From positions 1 to 64,000 of the IMG/VR virus record IMGVR_UViG_3300009430_000001: a stretch of DNA of 64,000 nt, one strand, 5' to 3'. A program made the translations under genes and the position numbers. Positions 10,144 through 18,190 of the stretch are shown here, piece by piece. The notes beneath the pieces were generated by a model. It saw only the letters and a program-made list of their open reading frames with translations. It did no database searches and was not told the origin of the DNA. The stretch is from a virus. The stretch's first letter is position 1. Each line of letters starts with the position of its first letter.

Positions 10144-10842
10144 ATGGCATTGCTGACCCCGCAGCACTTCCAGAAGATCTTCGAGTGCTATCGCGGTGAA
10201 CCCCAGCAGGTGAGTGCTGTGTGGCAGCTTTATGCAAAGCTCGGCAAGATCTCACCGCTGTTGCTGGATGATGGAGCTGAATGGTTCCAGAAGTTCAGGG
10301 AAGCACCGCCACATCCGAATCCCCTGCACACGCCGTATCAGAGCCAGCGGGATAACTATCGCGATGCAAACCGCACGTGCTTTTCAAGCAGCTGTGCGAT
10401 GCTGCTGATGACGCTGAAGCCTGGTGCCGTGCATTCCGATGATGACTACATCCGCACGGTGTTCAGCTATGGCGATACGACCGAAGGCGGAACACAGGTG
10501 AAGGCGTTGGCGCACTATGGCGTGCAGGCGAGTTTCATCACGCATGGCGACAAGGCGCTGATCAAGAGGCAGATCGATGCCGGCATCCCGGTGCCGTGCG
10601 GGTTTCTGCACCACGGCACCCCGCAGGCCCCCAGCGGCGGCGGACATTGGTGCTGCGTGATCGGGTATGACGAAAGTGGCGTGTTTGTCAACGATCCCTG
10701 GGGGGAGTGTGATCTGAGCTCCGGCACTTATCCAAGCGCGAATGGGTGCAAGTTGCACTACAGCGATGCGAACTGGACGAACACCCGCTGGATGGCAGAT
10801 GGCCCGGGGACGGGCTGGTGCATTGTTGCAACGCAGCCGTGA
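10144..10842 (+). CDS. Peptidase C39-like cell-wall hydrolase (endolysin type)
   Basis: PYQSQRDN..RTCFSSSCAM (catalytic Cys), GGGHW..VIGYD, VNDPWG. Confidence 0.85.
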   Translation: MALLTPQHFQKIFECYRGEPQQVSAVWQLYAKLGKISPLLLDDGAEWFQKFREAPPHPNPLHTPYQSQRDNYRDANRTCFSSSCAMLLMTLKPGAVHSDDDYIRTVFSYGDTTEGGTQVKALAHYGVQASFITHGDKALIKRQIDAGIPVPCGFLHHGTPQAPSGGGHWCCVIGYDESGVFVNDPWGECDLSSGTYPSANGCKLHYSDANWTNTRWMADGPGTGWCIVATQP

Positions 10843-11312
10843 GCACGGAGACGATCTGGGAGGGGCCGGATGTTCCGCGGCCGCAGGTGCAGCTGTTCCA
10901 CCACCGCTTCGGGCCGGGCGGGATCGAGGAGACGCTCGAGGCCTGGATCCGCCGGGCGCCCCGGGCGATCCGGCCGCTGCTGCGGCTGCTGATTCCGCTG
11001 GCCAAGCGGCTGATCGTGTGGCTGCAACTGCACCGGACGATGCTGAGCGTCGATGCGCAGGCCGCGGCGATCGGCCGGCAGATCGAGGCACACGAGCGCA
11101 CCAAGCAGGTGGAGAGCGCAATCGCCAAGGCGAAGGAGCTCTACCCAGGCGCGCAGGTGGAGCGGGTGTCGATGCCGAAGATGGGTGCTGATGCGGTGGC
11201 GATCACGCACCCGCCACGGCCGGAGCATCCGGCGGAAATGGCGCTGGGGTTCTCCGAGATGCGGATTGCGGCTCCGTGGACGATCGAGCAGGAGCACGAG
11301 GCGCGTGGTTGA
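10839..11312 (+). CDS. Hypothetical protein
   Basis: GTG overlapping the upstream stop (GTGA); typical codon usage. Confidence 0.6.
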   Translation: MSTETIWEGPDVPRPQVQLFHHRFGPGGIEETLEAWIRRAPRAIRPLLRLLIPLAKRLIVWLQLHRTMLSVDAQAAAIGRQIEAHERTKQVESAIAKAKELYPGAQVERVSMPKMGADAVAITHPPRPEHPAEMALGFSEMRIAAPWTIEQEHEARG

Positions 11313-11324
11313 GTGCCACAGTGC

Positions 11325-11519
11325 TCACGCAGGTTCAAACGGCTTGATCTCACCATAGACGACCCCCGGCTCCGGGGCGCCGAAGATCGTGGCGCCCCAG
11401 AATGTGACGATGCGCCGGGAAAAGATGTCCTGGTGGGGAGAGGGCTGGCTGTTGATCCACCAGATGTTGCCGAGGTGCCCGCCCCAGTCGAACACTTCAA
11501 GGAAGGCCTGGTGATTCAT
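11325..11519 (-). CDS. Hypothetical protein
   Basis: Fills the gap; preceded on the minus strand by TACCCTCG 26 nt before the ATG. Confidence 0.5.
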   Translation of the reverse strand: MNHQAFLEVFDWGGHLGNIWWINSQPSPHQDIFSRRIVTFWGATIFGAPEPGVVYGEIKPFEPA

Positions 11520-11599
11520 GGCGGATGCGGTCTTCCCCGAGGGTAGGCGGCCGATCATGGCCCGCACCCTGAGCCCAGTGATACCTCACCTCCCCGGCC

Positions 11600-12070
11600 A
11601 TGCCTCAGATTCAGTTCCTGCGGACGACGACTCCGACCAAGATCCCGGCGGGACTCGAGGCCGGTGAGATCGCCTTCAACCTGGCCAACGATTGGATGTT
11701 CGTTGGCGTTGGCGGCAATGACATCCTCGTCGACGATGCGCCCGTCACTGGCTATGGTGCCACGGCCACCATTCTGGGTGTGGCGAACGTCGCGGTGCCG
11801 GCGCAGCCGACCGGCAAGGGCTACGAGATCTATGAGCTGGGCTCCACTGGGGTGAAGAGCGGCACCACCGCTCCGACCGCTGCCGCGTCGAAACCCGGCC
11901 AGCTGTTCGTTGATACGACCACACCGGCCGCGCCGGTGCTCAAGGTGTTCGACGGCACCAGCTATGTGCCGGTGGTGAGTCCAGCGCGGGTGCTGTCGAT
12001 CGGGGACGATCTGGTCAATGCCGGCGCCGGGGGGCGAGCTTCACGGCCAAGGCGAATGCAGCGCTGGTGA
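11600..12070 (+). CDS. Tail fibre protein, N-terminal part (frameshifted at a G6 run)
   Basis: L.AGEIAFNLA module, GQLFVDT..LKVFDG; reading turns nonsensical after GGGGGG at 12029-12034. Confidence 0.7.
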   Translation: MPQIQFLRTTTPTKIPAGLEAGEIAFNLANDWMFVGVGGNDILVDDAPVTGYGATATILGVANVAVPAQPTGKGYEIYELGSTGVKSGTTAPTAAASKPGQLFVDTTTPAAPVLKVFDGTSYVPVVSPARVLSIGDDLVNAGAGGRASRPRRMQRW

Positions 12071-12804
12071 CGGCGACTTCGATCACAGCGGCGGGTGACC
12101 TGAAACCCGGCAACACGCTGGTGGTCACCCCCGGCACCGGTAGCCCGTTTGCGAACGCACCACTGGGCGCGTACATCTGGGATGGCACCAACTGGCTGCC
12201 GCTGGGTGGCGGCACGTTGCCGGATGCCACCACGACTGCCAAGGGTGTGGTGAAGCTGGCGCTCGACACTGATGTGCTCGAGGCTGGCGCACCGGCGCAG
12301 ACGACGCCGGATCCGCTGGCGGTGGCGACCGCGGCGCAGCTGAAGGCCCTGGCCGGCGAGGTGGGCGCCCTGGCAACGGGCCATGCGCTGCTGGGCACCT
12401 ATGACGCCAGCACCAGTGGTATCGCGACCGCCAATGCCGAGGCTGCTCGCGGAAGTCGAGCCGGCTTCACCACTGCGGCGAAGATTTCCAGCGGCACCGG
12501 CGCCAAGCCCGGCGACTACTTCGTCGTCACCACGGCGGGCACACCGACCGGTGATGCGGCGGCGATCAATGTGGCACTCAAGGCCGGCGACCAGATCCTG
12601 TTCGATGGCCAGGAATGGCGCATCGTGGGGATCGGCACCGCCGGCGGCGGTGATCTGCTGCACGGGCTGGTGGACGTGAATGATTCGGCGGTGGCGACCG
12701 TGGCAGACATCAAGGGCCTGCTGGTGCGCGACAACGCGATTGCCGATGGCCTGCCGGGTGCCTACCGCCTGGTGAGCGTGCTCGACTGCGGCACGATTCC
12801 CTGA
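12067..12804 (+). CDS. Tail fibre protein, C-terminal part
   Basis: PDATTTAKGVVKLA fibre repeat, GDYFVVT..G, GDQILFDG.EW; frame open upstream to the G run. Confidence 0.75.
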   Translation: MTATSITAAGDLKPGNTLVVTPGTGSPFANAPLGAYIWDGTNWLPLGGGTLPDATTTAKGVVKLALDTDVLEAGAPAQTTPDPLAVATAAQLKALAGEVGALATGHALLGTYDASTSGIATANAEAARGSRAGFTTAAKISSGTGAKPGDYFVVTTAGTPTGDAAAINVALKAGDQILFDGQEWRIVGIGTAGGGDLLHGLVDVNDSAVATVADIKGLLVRDNAIADGLPGAYRLVSVLDCGTIP

Positions 12805-12823
12805 ACGCTGCTTGCCCTACATG

Positions 12824-12841
12824 GCCCCCTGGATAGGGGGC
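12824..12841 (+). terminator. GC hairpin GCCCCCT-GGAT-AGGGGGC
   Basis: Perfect 7-bp stem followed by TTCTCTGTATT between two fibre genes. Confidence 0.45.
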
Positions 12842-12866
12842 TTCTCTGTATTCCTGCATAGGAGCC

Positions 12867-13304
12867 ATGTCCTTTTCGATCAAGCACAAGAACACGTCGG
12901 TGCCGGGCAAGGTCCCGCAGCCGGCGGACATCGAGCGCGGCGAGATCGCGGTCAACCTGGCGGACAAGAAGCTGTTCACCAAGGATGTCAACGATACGAT
13001 CGTCGAGCTGGGCGGGGGCGGCATCACGATCGCAGACACGGCGCCGGTCGGGGCAAAGGCGGGTGACCTGTGGTTCGACAGCGCCAATCTGCGGATGATG
13101 ATCCGCTATGACGATGGCTCGACGCAGCAGTGGGTGGTCACCAGCGGCACTCCTTCCGGTGGCGGGACAGTGCCTGATGCCACGACGACGGTCAAAGGCA
13201 TTGTGCAGCTGGCCGATCAGGCGGCCTGGACGGCGGGCACTGCCGGGCGCGTTGTTGATGCGCCGACTCTCAAGACTCTCATTCTCAGCGCAGGTACTTG
13301 GTGA
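12867..13304 (+). CDS. Tail fibre module protein
   Basis: ERGEIAVNLADKKLFTKD N-module; GDLWFDS; PDATTTVKGIVQLA; GGAG SD. Confidence 0.75.
   Translation: MSFSIKHKNTSVPGKVPQPADIERGEIAVNLADKKLFTKDVNDTIVELGGGGITIADTAPVGAKAGDLWFDSANLRMMIRYDDGSTQQWVVTSGTPSGGGTVPDATTTVKGIVQLADQAAWTAGTAGRVVDAPTLKTLILSAGTW
12933..12987 (+). repeat. 55-bp exact direct repeat, copy 1 (copy 2 at 14211..14265)
   Basis: GAGCGCGGCGAGATCGCGGTCAACCTGGCGGACAAGAAGCTGTTCACCAAGGATG identical at both sites. Confidence 0.9.
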
Positions 13305-13669
13305 TGGCAGTCGATTTTCCGGCAACGACGGGTCAACCAACCGATGGCAGCTTCAAGTTCACCGATCCCAATGGCCAGGAGTGGTCGTGGGATGGTACGG
13401 GATGGTCACCGGTGGCACCTGCGGCAGCGGCAGGACCACGCGTGTTTCAGCAGCCCACGGCACCAGCAAGCCCGCAGGCGGGGGATGTGTGGGTGGATAC
13501 TTCAGATCCAAATCACGTCGATCGCGTTTTGAATGACGTATATATGTTTGGACAGAAAAGCAAGGGATACTTGAAAATGAATGGCGGCACCAACGCCGCG
13601 CCTACGGCCGCTTCAAGCGCCGCTGTGGCTGACCTAAGGTCTCGCGGCTGGACTATCACCACCAACTGA
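13304..13669 (+). CDS. Chimeric short tail-fibre protein
   Basis: N-module shared with 3063..3377; C-terminus GGTNA.P....A...L..RGWTIT.N shared with 14148..15614. Confidence 0.7.
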   Translation: MAVDFPATTGQPTDGSFKFTDPNGQEWSWDGTGWSPVAPAAAAGPRVFQQPTAPASPQAGDVWVDTSDPNHVDRVLNDVYMFGQKSKGYLKMNGGTNAAPTAASSAAVADLRSRGWTITTN

Positions 13670-13680
13670 TTCTCATCGTC

Positions 13681-14094
13681 ATGGCCTCCCCCATCACCTT
13701 CGCTTCCAACAAGTCCGTCATCTGCCACGGTGCCGGCGCCGTGCATCTGGTGGACTACGAGCCCGGCACCAAGATCTGGACCGGGCAGCCCAATACCGAG
13801 GACTTCGATGATCCGATCGAGGCCATCAAGCGCGCCTGTGAGCTGGGCCTGAGCCCTGGCGAGACCACGACCTTCTGGCCCGAGGGCAAGTTCTACGACC
13901 CTGCGGGCAAGCGGTTCGTCGATGCACCGGCCGATGTGCCGATCTGGGAGCCTGATGGCGACTACCCGCAGGATGCGGTGGTGCGCCACCAGGGCCAGAC
14001 CTGGCTGCACATCTCAGGCAAGCAGGGCGCACCGGATGAGGTGTATGACATCGATGCCGGGACGGGAGACTGGATCCCGGTGACGCTGCCTTGA
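13681..14094 (+). CDS. Hypothetical protein with C-terminal CBM5/12-like carbohydrate-binding motif
   Basis: WEPDGDYPQDAVVRHQGQTW...P......W pattern. Confidence 0.55.
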   Translation: MASPITFASNKSVICHGAGAVHLVDYEPGTKIWTGQPNTEDFDDPIEAIKRACELGLSPGETTTFWPEGKFYDPAGKRFVDAPADVPIWEPDGDYPQDAVVRHQGQTWLHISGKQGAPDEVYDIDAGTGDWIPVTLP

Positions 14095-14147
14095 GCTTCA
14101 ACGGCCGTCTGCATAGGCGGCCTCATTCCATTGCTGCATAGCACATC

Positions 14148-15614
14148 ATGACCAAGTACGTTCACAAGCATTCGAGCACTGCCGGAAGCAAGCCCACGGC
14201 TGCGGACCTGGAGCGCGGCGAGATCGCGGTCAACCTGGCGGACAAGAAGCTGTTCACCAAGGATGCCAGCGATGCGATCGTCGAGCTTGGTAGTGAAGAT
14301 TCTGTAATTATTGCGGCTTCCGCGCCACCAATTACGCGTGCGGGTCAGCTTTGGCTAAATAATGCTCAGCCAAGCGGCCCGGCGTTGATGGTAGCTCGGC
14401 TGGAGCCCGTGGCTCCCATGCCAACTACTATTTATGTTCCACCAGCCAATATGTATTTTAGCAGTGGAACACTTTATTCCGATGCCAGTGGTGCTTATCG
14501 GGCTCTAACTGGCGGCTCTCACGGTGGCGCAAGCCTCGCTGCGATTGCGGCAGCAAACCCAGGAACATTCGCGGTTGAGCCTGCTTACGATCCGAATCCT
14601 CCGTCGGTTTTGCGCTGGGTGGATGTCTTCGAGAACTTCGTTATTGACGATCACCATGCGCTTGCTCTTGAGGTTTACCCAGATGCCACGCAGACCCCTA
14701 ATTTCAATGCAACCATTAAAGACAAGAATGGGGCTGGGGCAGACCTATTTGTGGACTATGGCGATGGCCACATTGAGCTATTTAGCGTTCCAGGAGGGAA
14801 CAGAGGTATAGACACTAGCCATCAATACGCCAATTCCGCGGCCAAGCAAACTATCAAGCTATACACAAAAGCCAATCTTGAAGTGGTTGTTCCTGTCGGA
14901 TTACTGGCCAAACTAGGGCCGCAAGGGAAAAATTTTCCGAATTTGACTGACTTTGGCGCCAGTAAATACTACGATCCAGCCACTCCAAATCCAAACTGCA
15001 TAGACACTACAGTAAGTTTCTCTGGAATAGAAGATGGTAAAAACATGTTCGCAGGCTGTACATTTTCACAGGCTTCAGACAGATTGGGGACCCTTGAACC
15101 ACGCAATCTTTCGCTTGAGGGTTGCTTCTCCGGCTCGCTATTGACGCGTGACGCTAACATCCGCAGCCTTACCACGAGTATCAAGAATGCGTCATCAATG
15201 TACTATAATTGTGTTCATCTTGCGTCAGCCAGCCTGATATTGAACCCCACTGGGACATTAGTGGACATGATGTTTGCTGGTTGCTCGGCGCTGAGGTCAC
15301 TTCTAAATGCAAATGGACAGTTTTTGAGCGCTAAGTGGATGGTTCGCAACTGTTCGATGTTGACTAGCTTTAGCTTTAATGCTAACGCAAATACGCGATT
15401 CTGCAGGACATGGGAAGGCGCGTTTGATGGGTGTGCGTTAAGCCAGACTTCGGTTGACAACATCCTGGCAAAGCTTGATAAAGATAGCCTACAAGCTAAC
15501 AGCCATAACATTCTGCTCGGCGTGACGGGCGGAACCAATGCAACGCCGGGGGCAAATGGGCTCGCAGCTATAACTAGTCTCACTGCTCGCGGCTGGACCA
15601 TCACCCACAACTGA
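14148..15614 (+). CDS. Receptor-binding tail protein with BspA/DUF285-like repeats
   Basis: GEIAVNLADKKLF N-module, PKD-like VDYGDG, repeated MF.GC/MY.NC, SVDNIL...RGWTI end; AT-richer body. Confidence 0.7.
   Translation: MTKYVHKHSSTAGSKPTAADLERGEIAVNLADKKLFTKDASDAIVELGSEDSVIIAASAPPITRAGQLWLNNAQPSGPALMVARLEPVAPMPTTIYVPPANMYFSSGTLYSDASGAYRALTGGSHGGASLAAIAAANPGTFAVEPAYDPNPPSVLRWVDVFENFVIDDHHALALEVYPDATQTPNFNATIKDKNGAGADLFVDYGDGHIELFSVPGGNRGIDTSHQYANSAAKQTIKLYTKANLEVVVPVGLLAKLGPQGKNFPNLTDFGASKYYDPATPNPNCIDTTVSFSGIEDGKNMFAGCTFSQASDRLGTLEPRNLSLEGCFSGSLLTRDANIRSLTTSIKNASSMYYNCVHLASASLILNPTGTLVDMMFAGCSALRSLLNANGQFLSAKWMVRNCSMLTSFSFNANANTRFCRTWEGAFDGCALSQTSVDNILAKLDKDSLQANSHNILLGVTGGTNATPGANGLAAITSLTARGWTITHN
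14211..14265 (+). repeat. 55-bp exact direct repeat, copy 2
   Basis: Identical to 12933..12987. Confidence 0.9.
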
Positions 15615-15864
15615 CCTCTTCCCCCGCCTCGGCGGCGGCGTCAAGCAAACGTTGGCGGATGCGCTGGCGTTCGCGCCATGCTGTCCACTCTTTTGTGGGG
15701 CGGCCTTGTGGATGCGGCGCACTTGGCACCACTGCATCTGCGATGGCGCGAAGTTCGGCGGCGCACCCAATGCGCATCATTCCAGTCTTGACTACTTCAG
15801 GTATGTGATTAGCCTCGCAATAGGCTTCCGCCATCACTTCCCATAGTGGCTTTGGCTCAGCCAT
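15601..15864 (-). CDS. Hypothetical protein (AELRAIAD motif)
   Basis: MAEPKPLWEVM..; overlapping-gene chain; motif shared with 16310..16573. Confidence 0.6.
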   Translation of the reverse strand: MAEPKPLWEVMAEAYCEANHIPEVVKTGMMRIGCAAELRAIADAVVPSAPHPQGRPTKEWTAWRERQRIRQRLLDAAAEAGEEVSCG

Positions 15865-16084
15865 TGTTCGCATCCTCCGCCTGGGTTGCTCTCGGCGCTG
15901 CATTCCACGCCTCTGCTGCAAGAGCATCCAGCGCTTCAATGTCGCGTCCGTAGTTGCTGCGAAATTCGATCATCCATTCGCCGCAGCAGTCACCAGTGCA
16001 TTGCGCCCACTTCTCGTAGATGCTGTTGATGTTGAGGCGTGTCGGCACTTGTCCGCATGGGCAAGACTTGAGAGGTTCAGGCAT
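15857..16084 (-). CDS. Lar-like restriction-alleviation zinc-finger protein
   Basis: LKSCPCG..P...C..CCG...A.EAWN pattern. Confidence 0.6.
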   Translation of the reverse strand: MPEPLKSCPCGQVPTRLNINSIYEKWAQCTGDCCGEWMIEFRSNYGRDIEALDALAAEAWNAAPRATQAEDANNG

Positions 16085-16313
16085 TGGTCTTCTCGAGGGT
16101 GCGACTAGGGCAACGAGCCCAGAAGCCATGACCGGCCGCATAGTCGATCAGCCCTCGGCGGCGCATGTCGCTCATGCAGCGGCGGATGCTATTGCGTGTG
16201 TAGTAGGAGCCGAGCGCATCAAGGATCGAGCGCATGTAGTGACCGAAGCCGGGGCGGAGGTGCTCCCAGATGGCGCGCTCCAGCGCTGTGCCGGTCCAGT
16301 CGTCGCGATTCAA
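16077..16313 (-). CDS. Small winged-helix-like protein
   Basis: SIRRCMSDMRRRGLIDY..GHGFW pattern. Confidence 0.45.
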   Translation of the reverse strand: MNRDDWTGTALERAIWEHLRPGFGHYMRSILDALGSYYTRNSIRRCMSDMRRRGLIDYAAGHGFWARCPSRTLEKTNA

Positions 16314-16573
16314 TCCCCCACCTCCCCCGCCTCGGCGGCGATGGCGCGGAGTTCATGCGAGTTGGGAGATGCGGCATCCGCACCCCACCTGACTCCATTG
16401 TCGTTGTAACAGTCCTCCCAGGCGCGGGCGTCCCCCGCCTGCGCCAGCCGCTCCAGGATGGCCGCAGCGGCAGCCTGCCACCGGTCCTTGTATCCCATGT
16501 GCATCGGCTGGTTAAAGGCATTGCGGGCCAGCTCTCCCAGCTCTGCCAGGGTTAGCGGTTTTGGCTTAGCCAT
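16310..16573 (-). CDS. Hypothetical protein, paralogue of 16566..16871
   Basis: QAAAAA.L..LA.AGDA.AW...P.S.ELR.IAA shared. Confidence 0.65.
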   Translation of the reverse strand: MAKPKPLTLAELGELARNAFNQPMHMGYKDRWQAAAAAILERLAQAGDARAWEDCYNDNGVRWGADAASPNSHELRAIAAEAGEVGD

Positions 16574-16871
16574 TGTTCACCTCCTCCGCTTGGGCAGCAA
16601 TGTTACGAAGCTCTTCCGATGATGGGAGCGTGGAGAGCAGCCCTCCCGCTCCCCATGCATGTGCATCTCCAGCATCGGCCAGGTGCTTCAGAAGCGCAGC
16701 CGCTGCCGCCTGCATGCCAGCCCGATGCCCGGCCACGTGCGCGGCGTCCTCGTCCCAATCGTGATGAGGTTCAGGATGCCAGGCGTTGAAGGCCGTGGTG
16801 TAGGCCGCGTCGTACGCGAGACTGGCGATGCTGGTGAGTTCGTCCAGGGTTGGTGGCGTGGAATCGGTCAT
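16566..16871 (-). CDS. Hypothetical protein, paralogue of 16310..16573
   Basis: Same shared motif; tandem position. Confidence 0.65.
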   Translation of the reverse strand: MTDSTPPTLDELTSIASLAYDAAYTTAFNAWHPEPHHDWDEDAAHVAGHRAGMQAAAAALLKHLADAGDAHAWGAGGLLSTLPSSEELRNIAAQAEEVNNG

Positions 16872-16944
16872 GCGCTATTGAGCGTTTGCCAACGTGTGGG
16901 CTTGCATAGCGCACAATAGGTGGGAACAACGCTTTGAGTCAACA

Positions 16945-17322
16945 ATGCGCCTGGGGTACGCCCGCTGCAGCACCGACGAGCAGGCTGAAGCCCTTGTCGC
17001 CCAGGTGACACGGCTGCGGTCCGCCGGCTGCGATCGGGTGATCGAGGAGCTGGTGAGCGGCGGCCGCAACGATCGTGAAGGCCTGCTCGAGGCGATGACG
17101 CTGGTGCGCCGCGGCAGGGTGAAGGCGCTGGTGATCACCCGGGTCGATCGGCTTGGTCGTGATGCCGCCTATGCCGATCAGCTGATCGCTCTGTTGGCGC
17201 GGGATCCTCGATTTTTCAGCGAAGCGACACCAGCGGAGCAGCGGGCGTTGTTTCGCGGCGTGCTGGCTTCGGTGCAGGTGCTGCCGGGAGGGCGATGCCG
17301 TGCTGTGCGGCGTAGCTCCTGA
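16945..17322 (+). pseudogene. Serine recombinase, internally deleted (catalytic N-terminus fused to a short tail)
   Basis: GYARCST (catalytic Ser), SGG..DR.GL, ITRVDRLGR; only 125 aa, with no helix E or DNA-binding domain. Confidence 0.75.
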
Positions 17323-17426
17323 CGCGTTGCTCGACAGCTTGCTGGAAGGTCAGTTCAGCGCGACGGCGTGACGTGGTGTCCACTGCAGCGTGACAACTGC
17401 AAGCAGTGTACCGCACGATGGACACG

Positions 17427-17460
17427 AAAAAACCCTGACCGTTCGCAGCGGCCAGGGTTT
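17427..17460 (-). terminator. Intrinsic terminator downstream of the AbrB-like gene
   Basis: Minus strand AAACCCTGGCCG-CTGCGAA-CGGTCAGGG-TTTTTT. Confidence 0.65.
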
Positions 17461-17500
17461 GGGACCATTAAGCAAGCCGGGTCGATGACCCGCCTGCAGT

Positions 17501-17902
17501 TTACACCAGGGCGGGCTGGGGTGCTTGCTGGAGGACAGGCGGCTGCTCGGCGGCCTTGTTCTGGGGCACCAGGCAGATCATGTCGTTGTCGAACTCGACC
17601 TTGTAGGTGTCGCCGGTGACAGCACCGATCTTGCTGAGGTAGGCCTTGCCGACGCTGATCGTGTTGGTCTTGCTGACGGTGAGCACGCCAGTGGCGACAC
17701 GACGGGGGCGGGTCGGAGCGAAGCTGTGACCGTTGGCTTCCAGCATGGCTTCAAGGAAGGCGGGCACATCGACGCGTTCCTTGCCTTCCTTGGTGAGGGC
17801 GAGATAGCCGCAGGCACGGGCTTGCTCGGACTTGCTCTTGCCGTCGAGCTCGGCGGCCTTGTTGAGCAGAGCGGGGCCGGTGAGGCGGGGAGTGTCGGGC
17901 AT
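17501..17902 (-). CDS. Cyanobacterial AbrB-like transcriptional regulator (cyAbrB)
   Basis: LTG.ALL.K..EL...SKSE.ARACGY...K.G.ER....F.EA.LEA.G and V.K...I.VGKAY....G...GD. Confidence 0.85.
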   Translation of the reverse strand: MPDTPRLTGPALLNKAAELDGKSKSEQARACGYLALTKEGKERVDVPAFLEAMLEANGHSFAPTRPRRVATGVLTVSKTNTISVGKAYLSKIGAVTGDTYKVEFDNDMICLVPQNKAAEQPPVLQQAPQPALV

Positions 17903-17992
17903 GGAGGACACGAGTGTTCGAATGCAAGTGTAAGCGGTATCGCGTGCAGCTGGCGAGAGGAGCCATGCAGCGCGCGTGCTGTCTGTTGCGGT

Positions 17993-18190
17993 TTACGCGG
18001 CAAACTGCCAGGCGCGCAATGCGGTGCGCTGCGTGGACCGGCGAGCGCGGCGAGGGAGCTCCACTGGCAGGGAGCGATCACGGCTGCCGATCATCTGGCG
18101 AGTGAGGCGGTGCACCTCATCGGCGAGGTCGTGGATGCCGCGCTGACGCAGGAGGCCTTCGATGGTGAACAGCGCGGCGGTGGGTGTCAC
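17993..18190 (-). CDS. Hypothetical protein
   Basis: GTG overlaps the sigma stop (GTGA). Confidence 0.5.
   Translation of the reverse strand: MTPTAALFTIEGLLRQRGIHDLADEVHRLTRQMIGSRDRSLPVELPRRARRSTQRTALRAWQFAA

Noticed and set aside
13500-15614. Diversity-generating retroelement suggested by two similar fibre C-termini
   Set aside because: No reverse transcriptase seen, and the differences are extensive and not adenine-specific
11600-17322. Gin/Cin-type tail-fibre inversion system driven by the serine recombinase
   Set aside because: All fibre modules are on one strand, no inverted crossover sites found, and the recombinase lacks its DNA-binding part
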